DNA from: an uncultured delta proteobacterium
GTDB lineage: Bacteria; Myxococcota_A; Polyangia; Polyangiales; Polyangiaceae
Length of the DNA: 64,000 nt
Assembly: GCA_963850305.1 (NCBI GenBank)
Contig: CAWKKR010000001.1
Span: 889,823 to 953,822 of the forward strand
Reading direction: 5' to 3'
Every line of letters starts with the position of its first letter. Within the stretch, counting starts at the first letter, position 1. Shown one piece after another: positions 61,201-64,000 of the stretch. Below the pieces are notes generated by a model. That model made no database searches, was not told the origin of the DNA, and worked only from the letters and a program-made list of their open reading frames with translations. The translations under genes and the position numbers were made by a program.

Positions 61201-61396
61201 GCGTGGCCACCGACGAAGCCATCGTCTCCGGGCTCGCACCCGGAAGCGCGGCGCTGACCTGGATGGTCGGGAAATCGACCCGTGGCAAGGGAGCCACGGG
61301 CAAGAGGAGATAGGCCCAGCTCCCGGACAGGATGATGGCGGCGGCCAGCAACGTGGTCGCGATGGGGCGCCGGATGAACGGCTCCGAGACGTTCAC
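58280..61396 (-). CDS. mdtC: RND efflux permease, MdtC-like
   Basis: FIRRPIATTLL, PGASPETMASSVA, GFVVDDAIVV, GIVKKNAIMMIDFA; GTG start coupled to the upstream stop. Confidence 0.9.
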   Translation of the reverse strand: MNVSEPFIRRPIATTLLAAAIILSGSWAYLLLPVAPLPRVDFPTIQVSAALPGASPETMASSVATPLERRFGRIAGISEITSASTLGATSITLQFDLDRDVDAAARDVQAAIAAAGGELPPDLPLRPTYRKVNPADSPILILSLTSDALPLAQVYEAANTVLAQKISQVRGVGQVYIGGGQQPAVRVQVDPRALAGRGIGLEDVRNALAATTVDSPKGAFTGPTETVVVRANDQLFDAAKYKPVIVAYRDGAPVRLSDVAKVFDDVEDDRLAAWMNGKRCVLAIIRRQPGANIIETNERIRALLPSLMSSVPPAIKMEIALDRTETIRGSVHEVEHALVLSVLLVIGVVFVFLRTARATAIPSIAVPLSLLGTFGLMYLFGYSIDNLSLMALTISTGFVVDDAIVVTENVTRYIERGLKPMEAALAGAKQIGFTIVSITLSLVAVFIPILLMGGIVGRLFREFAVTLSIAIVISAVVSLTLTPMMCSRLLTARGERHGRLYELSERGFSAVLRGYQRALDWVLRHRKFTLGLTLGTIGLSVFLFATVPKGLFPQEDTGVIAGFSDAPQDISFRAMKQRQMALNAVVKSDPDVAHVVSFIGASHGSTGNNGTVFVDLAPKPPRKASPDEIINRLRPKLAKVAGIRLFLQSVQDVRVGGRSSRTQYQYTLQDADLDELRTWAPRVLQKLRTVPELKDVASDQQTAGLTLSLALDRDTASRLGITPQAFDNVLYDAYGQRQVATTFTEINQYHVVLEVKPEFSRGPEELDDLYVGTPTGAQVPLRAIATQSVTTAPLAINHQGQFPSVTLSFNLAPGMALGPAVDAVHRAERQIGMPASIHAAFQGTAQAFKDSLSSQPMLILSAILAVYIVLGMLYESYVHPITILSTLPSAGVGALLALLLFKVELSIIALIGIILLIGIVKKNAIMMIDFAIEEERDHGASPLEAIRTACLQRFRPILMTTCAALLGAVPLAFGTGMGSEFRQPLGITIVGGLLVSQMLTLFTTPIVYLSMDRFTRKKRSHADERQRSHPGAPLLASR

Positions 61397-63999
61397 GGCG
61401 CCGCGACCTCGCTGCCGGTGGGCGGCATATGGCGGACCGGAGCCAGCCATCGGCCGAGGCGAGACATGTAGAGGTAGATGACGGGCGTCGTGTAGAGCGT
61501 CAGGATCTGCGAGATGAGCAGGCCCCCGACGATGGAGATGCCGAGCGGGCGCCGAAGCTCCGAGCCCGTTCCCGTACCGAGGGCGAGGGGCAGCGCGCCG
61601 AGCAGTGCGGCGAGCGTCGTCATCATGATCGGACGGAAGCGGAGCAAGCACGCCCGATGAATCGCGTCACGCGGCGACAGGTGCTGATCGCGCTCCGCCT
61701 CGAGAGCGAAATCGATCATCATGATGGCGTTCTTCTTCACGATGCCGATCAGAAGAATGATGCCGATGAGCGCGATGATGCTGAACTCGACCCTGCAGAT
61801 CATCAGCGCCAGCAGCGCGCCGACGCCGGCCGACGGCAGGGTCGACAGAATGGTCACGGGGTGGATGTAGCTCTCGTACAGAACGCCGAGCACGATGTAG
61901 ACCGTGATGAGCGCGGCCAGAATCAGCACCGGCTCGCTGGCAAGTGATTCTCCGAACGCGAGGGCCGTGCCCACGAAGCCGGCATGCACGCTCGGCGGCA
62001 AACCGATTTCGGCTTCGACGCCATGTATGGCGTCCACGGCCGCGCCGAGCGAGGATCCGGGGGCAACGTTGAAGGAAATGGTGGCCGCCGGGAACTGCCC
62101 CTGGTGATTGACGACGAGCGGCGATGGTTTCTCGGCGAACTTCACGAACGCGCTGAGCGGCACGGCCTGGCCGTTCGAGGAGTTCACGTACAGACGGCTG
62201 AGGGCGTTCGGATCGTTCCGGAACTCCGGCTTCACTTCCAGCACGACACGGTAGAGGTTGAGCTGCGTGAAGATGGTGGACACCTGCCGCTGCCCGAACG
62301 CATCGTAGAGAGTGTCGTCGATGGCTTGAGGCGACACGCCGAGCCGCGAAGCCGTGTCGCGGTCGATGGTGATGGCCATTCCGAGCCCCGACGACAGCTG
62401 GTCGCTCGCGACGTCGGCGAGCTCCGGCAATCCTCGCATCTTCTCGAGCATCCGCGCGGACCACTCCCCCAGCTCCGCGGGATCCGCGTCCTCCAGCGTG
62501 TATTGAAACTGGGTTCGGCTCACGCGGGCGTCGATCTGCAGATCCTGAACCGACTGGAGATGCGCGCGGATTCCGGCCACCTGATCCAGCTTCGGCTTCA
62601 GGCGATTGATGATCTCGTCTGCGGACCCACTCCGCTCAGCTCGCTTCTTCAGCGTGATCGAGAGTCGTCCGCTATTCACGGTGGGGTTCGTCCCGTCGGA
62701 ACCCACGGAAGACGATAGGCTCTCGACGTCTGGGTCTTTCAGAATGACGTCAGCCAGCTGCTGCTGCAGGGCCATCATCTTCGGAAACGAGATGTCCGGC
62801 GCCGCCTCGGTGATGCCGACGAGGAGCCCCGTGTCTTGCTGCGGGAAGAAGCCCTTCGGCACGAAGAGGGCCAGCAGCACGGTGAGACCCAGCGTCGCGA
62901 TGGTGACGAGCAGGACCGTCAGCTGGTGGGAGAGGACCCACTTCAGCCCGCGGTCGTAGAGCCTGACCATGCTTTCGAACGCGTCCTCCGAGATCCGGTG
63001 GAAGACGCCCCGCTGCGACGGCGGAGGTTCCGGGCGCAGCATGTACGCCGACATCGTGGGAGTGAGCGTCAGCGACAACAGCGCCGAGACACCGATGGCG
63101 ACGCTGAGGGTGACGGCGAACTCGCGGAACAGCCGTCCGATCACGCCGCCCATGAAGAGTAACGGGATGAGCACCGCGACGAGGGACACGGTGAGGGAAA
63201 TGATCGTGAACCCGATCTGCCGGCTCCCCATCAACGCCGCCTCGAAGGGCGAATGGCCCTCCTCGATGAAGCGCGAAATGTTCTCGATCATCACGATCGC
63301 ATCGTCAACGACGAACCCCGTCGAGATCGTGAGCGCCATGAGCGACAGGTTGTCGAGGCTGTAGCCGAGGAGATACATCACGCCGAAGGTGCCGACGAGC
63401 GACAGCGGCACGGCCACGCTCGGAATCGCCGTGGCGCGCAGGTTCCGCAGGAAAACGAAGATGACTCCGACGACGAGGCCGATGGTGAGCAGCAGCGTGA
63501 GCTCCACGTCTTCGACCGACGCCCGCACCGTCTCGGTGCGATCGCTCAACACTTCGACGCGAATGCCCTGCGGCAAAGACGCTTGAAGCTGCGGGAGCAA
63601 CGCCTTCACCCGGTCGGCGACCTGGATGACGTTCGCCCCGGGCTGCCGCTGGACGTTGAGAATGATGGCTCGATCGCGGTTGGCCCAGGCGGCAAGCTCC
63701 GCGTTCTCGACGGAGTCGACGACGTTCGAAACGTCCCTCAGCCGAATGGGAGCGCCGTTCTTGTACGCAATGATGAGCGGACGAAACGATGACGCAGTGA
63801 AGAGCTGGTCGTCCGCCGCGATCGTATAGTTCTGGCGCGGACCGTCGAGAGTGCCCTTCGCTTGATTGACGTTCGAGAGCACGAGCAAGTTGCGAACGTC
63901 CTCGAGTGTGAGTCCCGCCCCCGCGAGAGTCTCTGGGTCCACCTGGACGCGGACCGCCGGTTTCTGGCCGCCCGCGAGCGTGACGAGCCCCACGCCCGA
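61393..63999 (-). CDS. mdtB: RND efflux permease, MdtB-like (5' end outside the window)
   Basis: VGLVTLAGGQKPAVRVQV, DDAIVMIENI, KKNAIMMIDFAL; first of the tandem RND pair. Confidence 0.9.
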   Translation of the reverse strand, partial: SGVGLVTLAGGQKPAVRVQVDPETLAGAGLTLEDVRNLLVLSNVNQAKGTLDGPRQNYTIAADDQLFTASSFRPLIIAYKNGAPIRLRDVSNVVDSVENAELAAWANRDRAIILNVQRQPGANVIQVADRVKALLPQLQASLPQGIRVEVLSDRTETVRASVEDVELTLLLTIGLVVGVIFVFLRNLRATAIPSVAVPLSLVGTFGVMYLLGYSLDNLSLMALTISTGFVVDDAIVMIENISRFIEEGHSPFEAALMGSRQIGFTIISLTVSLVAVLIPLLFMGGVIGRLFREFAVTLSVAIGVSALLSLTLTPTMSAYMLRPEPPPSQRGVFHRISEDAFESMVRLYDRGLKWVLSHQLTVLLVTIATLGLTVLLALFVPKGFFPQQDTGLLVGITEAAPDISFPKMMALQQQLADVILKDPDVESLSSSVGSDGTNPTVNSGRLSITLKKRAERSGSADEIINRLKPKLDQVAGIRAHLQSVQDLQIDARVSRTQFQYTLEDADPAELGEWSARMLEKMRGLPELADVASDQLSSGLGMAITIDRDTASRLGVSPQAIDDTLYDAFGQRQVSTIFTQLNLYRVVLEVKPEFRNDPNALSRLYVNSSNGQAVPLSAFVKFAEKPSPLVVNHQGQFPAATISFNVAPGSSLGAAVDAIHGVEAEIGLPPSVHAGFVGTALAFGESLASEPVLILAALITVYIVLGVLYESYIHPVTILSTLPSAGVGALLALMICRVEFSIIALIGIILLIGIVKKNAIMMIDFALEAERDQHLSPRDAIHRACLLRFRPIMMTTLAALLGALPLALGTGTGSELRRPLGISIVGGLLISQILTLYTTPVIYLYMSRLGRWLAPVRHMPPTGSEVAAP

Positions 64000-64000
64000 G

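Noticed and set aside
58280..63999. Tandem RND duplication
   Set aside because: Standard MdtB/MdtC heteromeric pump organisation

Overview
GC-rich bacterial chromosomal DNA, very likely from a myxobacterium (Myxococcota, Polyangiaceae-like; inferred from Myxococcus Cys-rich repeats, a MYXO-CTERM tail, several Hanks-type kinases and Gly-rich lipoproteins). About 45 CDS and one tRNA-Arg(CCT). Left part: membrane Ser/Thr kinase, GNAT, a tandem pair of histidine kinases (the second with a degenerate ATP-binding domain), a lipoprotein peroxiredoxin, an isolated ruvB, an operon with a large membrane P-loop NTPase + MscS + DedA, an L,D-transpeptidase, NUDIX/VWA genes, an EVE protein, Cys-rich lipoproteins, a PqqC/CADD-like enzyme and a diguanylate cyclase. 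Middle: SLC13 transporter, ferritin-like diiron protein, lipase-like lipoprotein, ECF42-type sigma with YciI, a LamG gene relic and a methyltransferase. A ~15 kb divergent signalling block (Wsp-like chemosensory operon opposite a hybrid kinase-CheW-REC/EAL-kinase/PilZ operon) lies between two convergent DUF2079 paralogues. Right end: a MYXO-CTERM surface protein and an MdtB/MdtC RND pair. Single-base frameshifts affect the NUDIX and GGDEF genes and the LamG relic. No CRISPR array, integrase, transposase or rRNA was seen. Domain calls come from recognising motifs by eye, not from database searches. Best candidates for undescribed biology: the NTPase-MscS module, the c-di-GMP-linked kinase-PilZ/EAL/chemosensory block with a structured intergenic RNA candidate, and the kinase/pseudokinase pair.
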